A stretch of DNA of 20,000 nt from an uncultured virus (IMG/VR IMGVR_UViG_3300024255_000019) (taxonomy: Duplodnaviria; Heunggongvirae; Uroviricota; Caudoviricetes). The stretch lies in IMG/VR virus record IMGVR_UViG_3300024255_000019; one strand, 5' to 3'. The position numbers and the translations under genes were made by a program. The number at the start of each line of letters is the position of its first letter. The first letter of the stretch is position 1. Below are positions 8,358-15,768 of this stretch, one piece after another. The notes under the pieces were generated by a model, which was given only the letters and a program-made list of their open reading frames with translations, had not been told where the DNA came from and did no database searches.

Positions 8358-8693
8358 ATGACTAAACAAGTCAACCCAGTTTCGGTTGATGTACTACAAG
8401 AGTGCGTTGACCTTCAGTTGAAAAAGTCAAGGGATTATCAAAATCCTAATTCGACAGTTCAACAAGCCGACTACTATCCTAACGGAATCACAACCATACA
8501 TGACATCATGCATGCAAAAATGCTACGTATGAAATCAGTTATGGAAGCGATGGCGTCGGACGATTATGACCCTAACTTTGAGTCCCTTGAAGATTCAGCA
8601 AAAGACCTTATAAACTATTCAAGTTTCTTTGTCTCTTATTGTCGTCAAGGTATTTCAGGTCAGGATAAAACTAAAGATGTATTTAACAAATAA
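8358..8693 (+). CDS. Nucleotide-modification-associated domain 1 (Nmad1/DUF1599)-like protein
   Basis: KKSRDY...KMLR...ESLEDSAKDLINY pattern; located next to nucleotide-modification genes. Confidence 0.65.
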   Translation: MTKQVNPVSVDVLQECVDLQLKKSRDYQNPNSTVQQADYYPNGITTIHDIMHAKMLRMKSVMEAMASDDYDPNFESLEDSAKDLINYSSFFVSYCRQGISGQDKTKDVFNK

Positions 8694-8705
8694 CAGGACT
8701 ATATT

Positions 8706-8960
8706 ATGAGTAACATTATTATACCTTCAAGCGAAGAAGATAAAAAACGCATACGTGGAGCATTTGAAGAAATCAGTAATTCATTTGTACGAATTGAAGC
8801 AGAAAGAGCATTTCAAAAAGATGCTATTGATGCACTAGCTGATGACGTTGATATCCCTAAAGGAACACTTCGTAAAGCTGCAAGACTATTTCACAAACAA
8901 AATATCAGCTCAGTCGTAACTGAAGTTGAAGACATGGAAGCATTGCTGGAGAGTATTTAA
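8706..8960 (+). CDS. dsbA: T4 DsbA-like dsDNA-binding protein
   Basis: 84 aa, helical; IPKGTLRKAARLFHKQN parallels the T4 DsbA central motif. Confidence 0.7.
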   Translation: MSNIIIPSSEEDKKRIRGAFEEISNSFVRIEAERAFQKDAIDALADDVDIPKGTLRKAARLFHKQNISSVVTEVEDMEALLESI

Positions 8961-9622
8961 TGTTAACAGTTGGTAACATAAGACAACTAATCATTGATAA
9001 GTACCTTGACGAAGATTTTGTAATCGACAGAACAGGTGCTAAAACAATTGAAATCATTGGTGCAACATTTGTTGCTGACCAAGATTATGTTATTCGTAAA
9101 CCTGCTTATGCTTATATCGAGCGTGAATTAGAGTGGTACAAATCTCAATCACTTAATGTAAACGATATCCCAGGAGAAACTCCTCAGATATGGAAAGACA
9201 TTGCATCGACAGAGGGCCAGATTAATTCTAATTACGGCTGGTGCATTTATTCTGAAGATAATGGTAACCAATATAAACATGTATTGCGTGAACTGAAGAA
9301 CAATCCAAATTCCCGTAGAGCCACTATGTTATACAATAGGCCTTCAATGCATTTGGATTACAATCGTGATGGTATGTCAGATTTTATGTGTACATATGCA
9401 AATACTTTTTATATTCGCGATGGCCAACTTGAATCTCATTACTTGATGCGTTCTAACGATGCAGTCTTTGGTTACAATAACGATGTTGCATGGGCAAAAC
9501 ATGTTCAACAAGAATTGGCGAATGACTTAAATGTTCAAGTCGGCAATATCGTTTGGACAGCATCCAACTTTCATGTTTACGAAAGACATTTTAATTTCAT
9601 TGAGGAATTAATGAATGGCTGA
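8960..9622 (+). CDS. gp42: dCMP hydroxymethylase (T4 gp42-like, thymidylate synthase superfamily)
   Basis: Colinear with T4 gp42 as I recall it: DRTGAKTIEIIGA, RELEWY, INSNYGW, DGMSDFMCT (catalytic Cys), RSNDAVFGYNND (final Asp is the cytosine-specificity residue, Asn in ThyA), HVY. Confidence 0.88.
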   Translation: MLTVGNIRQLIIDKYLDEDFVIDRTGAKTIEIIGATFVADQDYVIRKPAYAYIERELEWYKSQSLNVNDIPGETPQIWKDIASTEGQINSNYGWCIYSEDNGNQYKHVLRELKNNPNSRRATMLYNRPSMHLDYNRDGMSDFMCTYANTFYIRDGQLESHYLMRSNDAVFGYNNDVAWAKHVQQELANDLNVQVGNIVWTASNFHVYERHFNFIEELMNG

Positions 9623-10067
9623 TAAATGGGATATTAGATTTTTAAGATTAGCAAAAGAAGTTTCAACTTGGAGCAAAGACCCATCTAAACAAATAGGTGC
9701 TGTCTATGTTGTTAATCGAAGAATTGTATCTACAGGTTATAATGGCTTTCCACGAGGTATCGACGATACAGAAGAGCGATACAATAACAGAGAGCTTAAG
9801 TATGAGTTAGTATCTCATGCAGAAATGAATGGCATATACAATGCTACAGCTCACGGTCAATCTCTTAATGGTGCAACTGCATATGTTTGGGGATTACCTA
9901 TCTGCCACGAATGTGCAAAAGGTATCATTCAAGTTGGTTGTTTAAGAGCTGTTATGGCAACAGAAGATGTACCAGATAATTGGAAAAGCTCCTTTGCTAA
10001 AACATCTGACATGTTTAAAGAAGCTGGAATTGATTGGAAAATCATTGAAGCCAGCAAACTACTTTGA
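9615..10067 (+). CDS. cd: dCMP deaminase
   Basis: SKDPS...GYNGFPRG, HAEMN and PICHEC zinc ligands. Confidence 0.92.
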   Translation: MADKWDIRFLRLAKEVSTWSKDPSKQIGAVYVVNRRIVSTGYNGFPRGIDDTEERYNNRELKYELVSHAEMNGIYNATAHGQSLNGATAYVWGLPICHECAKGIIQVGCLRAVMATEDVPDNWKSSFAKTSDMFKEAGIDWKIIEASKLL

Positions 10068-10086
10068 AAATTTTCATAAATAATTG

Positions 10087-10115
10087 TGTACATTCTAATA
10101 AAAACATGTTATAAT
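10087..10115 (+). promoter_or_regulatory. Sigma70-type promoter with variant -35
   Basis: TGTACA, 17-bp spacer, TG-T-TATAAT; intergenic, upstream of the glycosyltransferase/methyltransferase genes. Confidence 0.7.
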
Positions 10116-10138
10116 ATACAATTAAAAGGTAATATATT

Positions 10139-10822
10139 ATGAGTAAAACTGAAAAGAACCTTGTGTTCCAAGTCCAAATAAAGCCCAATGGCGGTCGCTC
10201 AGAAGGCAAGAAAAAATTCCATTACGCCCAAGACTTGTATGATTACTCTACTTCAAGAGCAAAAGCTTATGCTGAAAAGAATGGAGCAGAGTATTTTCGT
10301 TTAACAACTGACGAATGGTTAGGTGGACAATATTCACCTGCTTATCATAAGCTTTATATTTACAAACTATTCGAGCAAGGGTACGATAAAATTATGTATT
10401 TGGATAGTGATGCTATTATTACTAAAATTTGTCCTAACTTATTTGAGAACGATGAATTTTCAGCAATGATGGATTACGGCTATAATACAGAAGCTGCTGC
10501 AGCAAAACAAAAAAGATTTAACGATCGCTTAGGAATACCAGATGAGCATATATACTTTTGCTCAGGTACAGTTTTATTTGATAGAAAATATTACGAAGCG
10601 ACTAAAGACCACTGGCAAGAGCAATTAAATGTTCCACAACCACAGCATGACCAATCACTATTTAATGTTTTAGTTGGTAACCATTATGGTAAATACACAA
10701 ACATAAGTAATGAGTGGGGTCACTGGGGTAAAAAAGGTAAGTACATTCAGCATGTAACTACTGCAGGTGGAACTAAAACTTTTGACGAACAAAAATTTTT
10801 GGACTGGGAATCCAAATTATAG
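10139..10822 (+). CDS. GT8-like glycosyltransferase (GT-A fold)
   Basis: YDKIMYLDSD (DxD), YFCSGTVL, DQSLFN and a late His motif (IQH), as in family GT8. Confidence 0.75.
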   Translation: MSKTEKNLVFQVQIKPNGGRSEGKKKFHYAQDLYDYSTSRAKAYAEKNGAEYFRLTTDEWLGGQYSPAYHKLYIYKLFEQGYDKIMYLDSDAIITKICPNLFENDEFSAMMDYGYNTEAAAAKQKRFNDRLGIPDEHIYFCSGTVLFDRKYYEATKDHWQEQLNVPQPQHDQSLFNVLVGNHYGKYTNISNEWGHWGKKGKYIQHVTTAGGTKTFDEQKFLDWESKL

Positions 10823-10837
10823 AATGGAGAATTATTG

Positions 10838-11962
10838 ATGAAAATTTTAATTACAGGGTTTAACAAAGAGCAATGTACCAAAGATTACTATCTTGGTAAA
10901 GAGCTTAAGATTCTAAACTCACATTACAGTTTAATTCGTTGCCTCGAAGATATGGGCCATGAGATTGAACAACGAACAATTACTATAGGCGAAGACCTTA
11001 GCGGATATGATAAAGTTATCATTTATCTTTCATCTGTTAAATCTTTTGCTCACCATGCTTTCGATGCACTATATGCACTGACTGCAAGACCTGATGCAAT
11101 TTTAGCTAACGATGATTGGCAAGTGCGTGAAGTATTTACCTCATTTAAATTGTATGAAGAAAATCTTATTGCTCATAAAGAATCGGGCAAACCATTTTAC
11201 GATTATGGAACAAATACATACCTAGCAAATCTATATAAAGGTGATACACCACTTGAAGATATGCATAAACATATTGATACATTCATAGATGCATGTCATA
11301 TAGTTAACGAAAAACTGAATACATTAATACTATGTACATTTGCAGGTGGTGAAAACGAGTTATTTAAGATTGACTACAAAGGTGAGATTATTAATTATAA
11401 TCCAAACCCTTACAATCTTAATCGTAGACCCGAAAACAATTATGGTGAGGATGTTGGATTACTTGGATTCTTTGATGATGAACCAGTTATTCTCTCACCA
11501 GAAGAAAAGAAATTAAGATGGATATTCTCATCTATTGTACAAAGTAAAACAATGGGTTGGTTCAACAAACAGAAACCAACTTGGGATGTATTAAACTTTG
11601 GCCCAAGACGAGAAACAAAACAAACTAAAGGCATTGAAACATATAGAGTGAAAGAGCCTGAGATGTGCAAAATCTATAATGAGAACTGGGGTTGTATGAT
11701 GCCAGAATACTATCATGCAGGTTCTGGTTGGTGGCGTTCTCGAGTTCAACAAGTTGCTGATGTAGAGTCGGTACTTGTATGTTCAGATGCAGAAGGTAAA
11801 ATTTACGGGGAGGCATACGTTGGAAATACTATTGAAAGTGTTGAGAATATGTCTATTGAAGAATTAACAAAACTGGGTAAGGCTCAAAAAGAATGTCTTT
11901 ATGATAACCACCCATTAAATAAGGCGACACAAAGAAGTGAGCTTTTAGGAGTAGTAGAATGA
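10838..11962 (+). CDS. Putative DNA-base glycosyltransferase (GT-B-like)
   Basis: ATG 10838 behind a GGAGA SD. Rossmann-like start MKILITG...LEDMGHEIE, with DDWQ and YHAGSGWWRSR. Recalls uncharacterised or sugar-transferring proteins of T4-like phages with modified cytosine; context downstream of gp42. The fold call is inference. Confidence 0.5.
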   Translation: MKILITGFNKEQCTKDYYLGKELKILNSHYSLIRCLEDMGHEIEQRTITIGEDLSGYDKVIIYLSSVKSFAHHAFDALYALTARPDAILANDDWQVREVFTSFKLYEENLIAHKESGKPFYDYGTNTYLANLYKGDTPLEDMHKHIDTFIDACHIVNEKLNTLILCTFAGGENELFKIDYKGEIINYNPNPYNLNRRPENNYGEDVGLLGFFDDEPVILSPEEKKLRWIFSSIVQSKTMGWFNKQKPTWDVLNFGPRRETKQTKGIETYRVKEPEMCKIYNENWGCMMPEYYHAGSGWWRSRVQQVADVESVLVCSDAEGKIYGEAYVGNTIESVENMSIEELTKLGKAQKECLYDNHPLNKATQRSELLGVVE

Positions 11963-13191
11963 AACATGCAGGAATTATCCCGCTGATTGGAGGGGAGATA
12001 TTAGCATCTGACGAAGCTTACGGAACAAAGCCTGAGTATTTAATGACTTACGGCGGATTCGAAGGTAACGAAAAACATTTGCTTAATTATTATAAAGAAC
12101 AAGGACATGATTTACCTTATCATGTTATCGATGGTGATAATGCACCTAAGCGATATAATAAAGTTGATGTGGTATCATCGGTATGTCCCTGTGCAGGATT
12201 AAGTAGTTATCATAATTCTTATGGTGAAGAAAATCCAAATAACCAATGGCTTGTAAAATCTACAAAGTTTGTATTAAATGAAATTGCTCCTAAAGTTCTA
12301 TGGGGCGAGAATGCTCCTGCTCTTGCAACTAATGTTGGCGCATTTATGAAAAAGAAACTTATGGAAATTGGTAAAGAAGCTGGTTATAATATGACCATCT
12401 ATACTACTAAAACATTGTTACATGGTAATCCTCAAGTTCGTAGACGTTCATTCTATTTCTTTTGGAAAAAAGATGTATTTAATAATAAGGTACCAACGTT
12501 CGAGTATTTTGATAAACCAATGCCGACCATTACTGACTTGTTAATAGAAACAAAATCTAATTTCCAAACAGAAACAATTAATAAGCGTATTCCATCTCAA
12601 GATGACCCATACTACAAATACTTATTAGAAGAAATTAAAGGTGGAATGAGTCATACTGATTTTGCAGCAGAGTTAAGAGAAGACAAAACATTTACTAGAC
12701 CATCATATAATATTGAAAGTGAACTTATACATCACCACGGTAAAAACTATGCTGAAATATCTGAATACATGAGAGGGCAAGGACTTGACAGAGAAGCCGA
12801 TAAATGTATGAGAAGATATGAGAAATTAAAAGCTGGGGGTGGAGTAATGTGGAGAGGAACATTGATTCCTGTTCGACACATTGGAGCCTTCGTAGTGCAT
12901 ATGCCACATGTTCTCACGCATCCTGTTGAAGATAGATATATAAACATAAGGGAAGCAATGAACATTATGGGCCTTCCAGAAGATTATGAACTACTTGACC
13001 CAGAAAAAAGCATCAACCACATCTGCCAAAATGTACCTTACAAGACTGCAAGGGATATGGCTAATCAGGTTAAGAAAGCAATAGAGAAAAAACTACCTAT
13101 GGAAGATGCTACCTATATGTTACAAGACAATCTATCACAGCGTATTCGTGATAGCCACTCATCTATTGATATAACAGAGTTTATGGCATGA
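11959..13191 (+). CDS. C5-cytosine DNA methyltransferase homologue with atypical motif I
   Basis: Motif IV CPCAGLS, VI GENAP, VIII GNPQVRRR, IX HPVEDRYINIREAMNIMGLP and X CQNVP. Motif I reads IPLIGG instead of FxGxGG. Confidence 0.8.
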   Translation: MKHAGIIPLIGGEILASDEAYGTKPEYLMTYGGFEGNEKHLLNYYKEQGHDLPYHVIDGDNAPKRYNKVDVVSSVCPCAGLSSYHNSYGEENPNNQWLVKSTKFVLNEIAPKVLWGENAPALATNVGAFMKKKLMEIGKEAGYNMTIYTTKTLLHGNPQVRRRSFYFFWKKDVFNNKVPTFEYFDKPMPTITDLLIETKSNFQTETINKRIPSQDDPYYKYLLEEIKGGMSHTDFAAELREDKTFTRPSYNIESELIHHHGKNYAEISEYMRGQGLDREADKCMRRYEKLKAGGGVMWRGTLIPVRHIGAFVVHMPHVLTHPVEDRYINIREAMNIMGLPEDYELLDPEKSINHICQNVPYKTARDMANQVKKAIEKKLPMEDATYMLQDNLSQRIRDSHSSIDITEFMA

Positions 13192-13814
13192 AGAAACATT
13201 TAGTACTTGACTTCGAAACAATGGGGACTGAGCCTACAACATGCGCAGTCGTTGATTGTTCAGTAATGATTTTTGATTGGGATAATTTTACAACCAATCC
13301 TTATACTCCTGCGGACATTAACAAGACTCGTAGATTTAAACTCAATGTTTCAGAACAGGTCAAGGACTATGGTTACAACATCGAAGAGTCCGTTATTAAG
13401 TTTTGGCAAGAACAATCTAAAGAAGTTCGTGATAAAATTAAACCATCACAGCAAGACCTTACAGTAAAAGAGTTCGTATCCAACTTTCACAATTTAGTTG
13501 TTGATGAAAATATTGGTCATTGGTGGACTCGTGGAAATGCTTTCGACCCAATAATTATTACAAGACTATTTGATAGTCAAGGCCGTAAAGCACATCTCTA
13601 TAACTATTTGAAGTACTATATGGTACGTGATATGAGAACTTATATTGATGCTAAGTTTAACTTTGAAAATAAACAAAACGGATTCTGTCCCATTGCCGAT
13701 TCAGAAAAATGGGATAAAATATTTAAGGCGCATGATAGCTCCTGGGATGTCTTGGCTGATGTACTCAGACTACAAGCGATCGTAAGAGCAGAAAATGATT
13801 TGGAGCAAGTATGA
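13188..13814 (+). CDS. dexA: DexA-like 3'-5' exonuclease (DEDDh)
   Basis: LDFETMG, WTRGNAFD, RDMRT and AHDSSWD. Confidence 0.85.
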   Translation: MKKHLVLDFETMGTEPTTCAVVDCSVMIFDWDNFTTNPYTPADINKTRRFKLNVSEQVKDYGYNIEESVIKFWQEQSKEVRDKIKPSQQDLTVKEFVSNFHNLVVDENIGHWWTRGNAFDPIIITRLFDSQGRKAHLYNYLKYYMVRDMRTYIDAKFNFENKQNGFCPIADSEKWDKIFKAHDSSWDVLADVLRLQAIVRAENDLEQV

Positions 13815-14662
13815 AAATTGAAATTAAAACAGAAGAACTAAGAAAGTATAATATCTTCGTTGGCACACCGATGTATGGTGGTCAAGCGACAGGCCTTTAC
13901 ACGAAGGCTACCAACGATCTAAGCATGTTATGTGCTACTCATGGTATCCCATTAAAATACTATTTCCTTTTCAATGAGAGCCTTGTACAACGTGCTAGGA
14001 ACTATATAGTAGACGAATTCATGCGTTCAGATTGTAGTCACTTATTATTCATTGATGCAGACATTGCATTTAACCCTCGTGATGCTTTAGCATTACTTGG
14101 TGTACATTTACAAGACCCAGAAGAATATCCTATCGTAACTGGACCTTATCCTAAGAAAACAATTGCATGGGAAAAAGTAGCTAAGGCAGCTCAAATGGGC
14201 AAGAGTGATGAGAATCCATTTGAACTAGAAAGATTTACATCTGACTTCGTATTCAACCCAGTTAAAGGTATGCAACAATTTAAATTGAGTGAACCTGTTG
14301 AAGTACAAGAAGCAGGAACTGGATTTATGTTAATTAGCAGAGAAGCATTAGAGAAATATCGTGATGCATATCCTGAGTTATCATATCTACCAGACCATGT
14401 CAGAACAGAACAATTTGATGGCACAAGAGAGATTACAGCTTTCTTCGATTGTGTTATCGACCCAGATTCTAAGCGTTACTTATCAGAAGATTATTTCTTC
14501 TGTAAGCAAGCCCGTAAAGCGGGTCTGAAAGTTTGGATGTGTCCTTGGATGCAACTAAACCATACAGGAACATATATCTTTAAAGGTGGTATGGGTTCCA
14601 TTGCAGAGCTTGGAGTAACAGCAACCGCTGATTCTACCTCTTCCAAAAAGAGTTACAAATAA
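13811..14662 (+). CDS. GT-A fold (GT2-like) glycosyltransferase-like protein
   Basis: TPMYGG, NESLVQRARN, FIDAD (DxD), GTGFMLI and YLSEDYFFC. Confidence 0.65.
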   Translation: MKIEIKTEELRKYNIFVGTPMYGGQATGLYTKATNDLSMLCATHGIPLKYYFLFNESLVQRARNYIVDEFMRSDCSHLLFIDADIAFNPRDALALLGVHLQDPEEYPIVTGPYPKKTIAWEKVAKAAQMGKSDENPFELERFTSDFVFNPVKGMQQFKLSEPVEVQEAGTGFMLISREALEKYRDAYPELSYLPDHVRTEQFDGTREITAFFDCVIDPDSKRYLSEDYFFCKQARKAGLKVWMCPWMQLNHTGTYIFKGGMGSIAELGVTATADSTSSKKSYK

Positions 14663-14697
14663 TGGTTGACAATCGCACACTAATGTGTTATAATAAC
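14654..14697 (+). repeat. 44-bp promoter-containing direct repeat, copy 2
   Basis: Matches 8292-8335 at 40 of 44 positions; includes the last codons TAC AAA TAA of the upstream gene. Confidence 0.9.
14666..14694 (+). promoter_or_regulatory. Sigma70-type early promoter of gp45
   Basis: TTGACA, 17-bp spacer, TG-T-TATAAT. Confidence 0.85.
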
Positions 14698-14725
14698 CTT
14701 TCATAAACTAGGAGAAATTTATATT

Positions 14726-15388
14726 ATGAAATTTTCTAACGAAACCTTGAGTGTCCTTAAGAGCTTTACCGCAATCAACAAATCTATTCAGATGAAACCC
14801 GGTAATGTTCTCAAGACAATTACTCCAGAAAAAACGCTTATTGCAATTGCAGAAATCCCAGATGAAATACCAAGCGAAGCTTGCGTATATGATTTATCTA
14901 GATTCCTGTCAATTCTAGGCTTATATAATGACCCAGACGTTGAGTTTGGCGATAAGTATTTTACTATCTCAGAAGGTAAGAGGCGAACCAAGTATGTCTA
15001 CGCAGACATCTCTATGATTCATACTCCGCCTGAAAAAGATATAAATATACCATCTGAAGACGTCGTAGTAAGTGTAACGGAAAGTGACCTTTCCGCAGTG
15101 CTTAAAGCGGCAGGAGTTCTTCAGTTCACAGAGATTGCATTTGTAGGTGAAAACGGCAAATGTACTCTGAAAGCGATCGACAGTGCTAACGACAACACAG
15201 ATGACTTTGGTGTTGAAATTGGTGAAACTGACGATGAGTTTAAAGTCATCATTAAAACTGATAACTTGAAGCTAATGCCGATGGATTACGAAGTTACCAT
15301 TTGTTCAAAAGGTATCTCAGAATTCAAAGGGGATAACGTCACTTACTTTGTGGCAATAGATTCAAAGTCAACATATAATAAAGGATAG
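14726..15388 (+). CDS. gp45: Sliding clamp gp45
   Basis: MKFSNETLSVLKSFTAINKSI and YDLSRFL match gp45; size and position before gp44/gp62 fit. Confidence 0.93.
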   Translation: MKFSNETLSVLKSFTAINKSIQMKPGNVLKTITPEKTLIAIAEIPDEIPSEACVYDLSRFLSILGLYNDPDVEFGDKYFTISEGKRRTKYVYADISMIHTPPEKDINIPSEDVVVSVTESDLSAVLKAAGVLQFTEIAFVGENGKCTLKAIDSANDNTDDFGVEIGETDDEFKVIIKTDNLKLMPMDYEVTICSKGISEFKGDNVTYFVAIDSKSTYNKG

Positions 15389-15396
15389 GTGAAACT

Positions 15397-15684
15397 ATGA
15401 ATGACGCAGTACAAGGCAACTTCGGTGGCCAGCAACAGCAACAACAAGAAGAAGTCGTAATCAATATGAACGACCTCTCAACAGTCCTGCAACTAATTGA
15501 CGTAGTGTCAACAAGAGGCGGGTTTCAAGGTAATGAACTAGCCGGTGTAGGAATGTTAAGGAATAAGCTTGAAGCTTATCTAAGACAACACATGCCACAA
15601 CAAGAAGCGCCAAAAGGTGCGGACGGTGAAGTGGATGTAGCTATACCAGCAACTGGTGAATTAGCTGAAAAGTTGGTTGACTAA
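15397..15684 (+). CDS. Conserved hypothetical protein (Gln-rich ends)
   Basis: AGGTGA SD; helical core NDLSTVLQLIDVVSTRGGFQGNELAGVG. Confidence 0.6.
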   Translation: MNDAVQGNFGGQQQQQQEEVVINMNDLSTVLQLIDVVSTRGGFQGNELAGVGMLRNKLEAYLRQHMPQQEAPKGADGEVDVAIPATGELAEKLVD

Positions 15685-15708
15685 AACCAACACTCTTTCT
15701 CGAGAACA

Positions 15709-15747
15709 GGGGATACAGCGAATGCTTATCCCCGCCCTCAATTTTTT
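15709..15747 (+). terminator. GC-rich hairpin, possible weak terminator or processing/stability element
   Basis: GGGGATA-C-AGC-GAAT-GCT-TATCCCC stem (15709-15733); the T6 tract starts 8 nt downstream. Confidence 0.45.
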
Positions 15748-15768
15748 ATATTATGATATCGGTGACCT

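Noticed and set aside
8960..9622. Calling this gene thymidylate synthase (thyA/td) or dUMP hydroxymethylase
   Set aside because: It has Asp rather than Asn at the base-specificity position and is colinear with T4 gp42. A dCMP methylase or hydroxylase variant cannot be excluded without assay.
15040..15047. TATAAATA inside gp45
   Set aside because: Intragenic, and expected occasionally by chance in AT-rich DNA; no supporting context.
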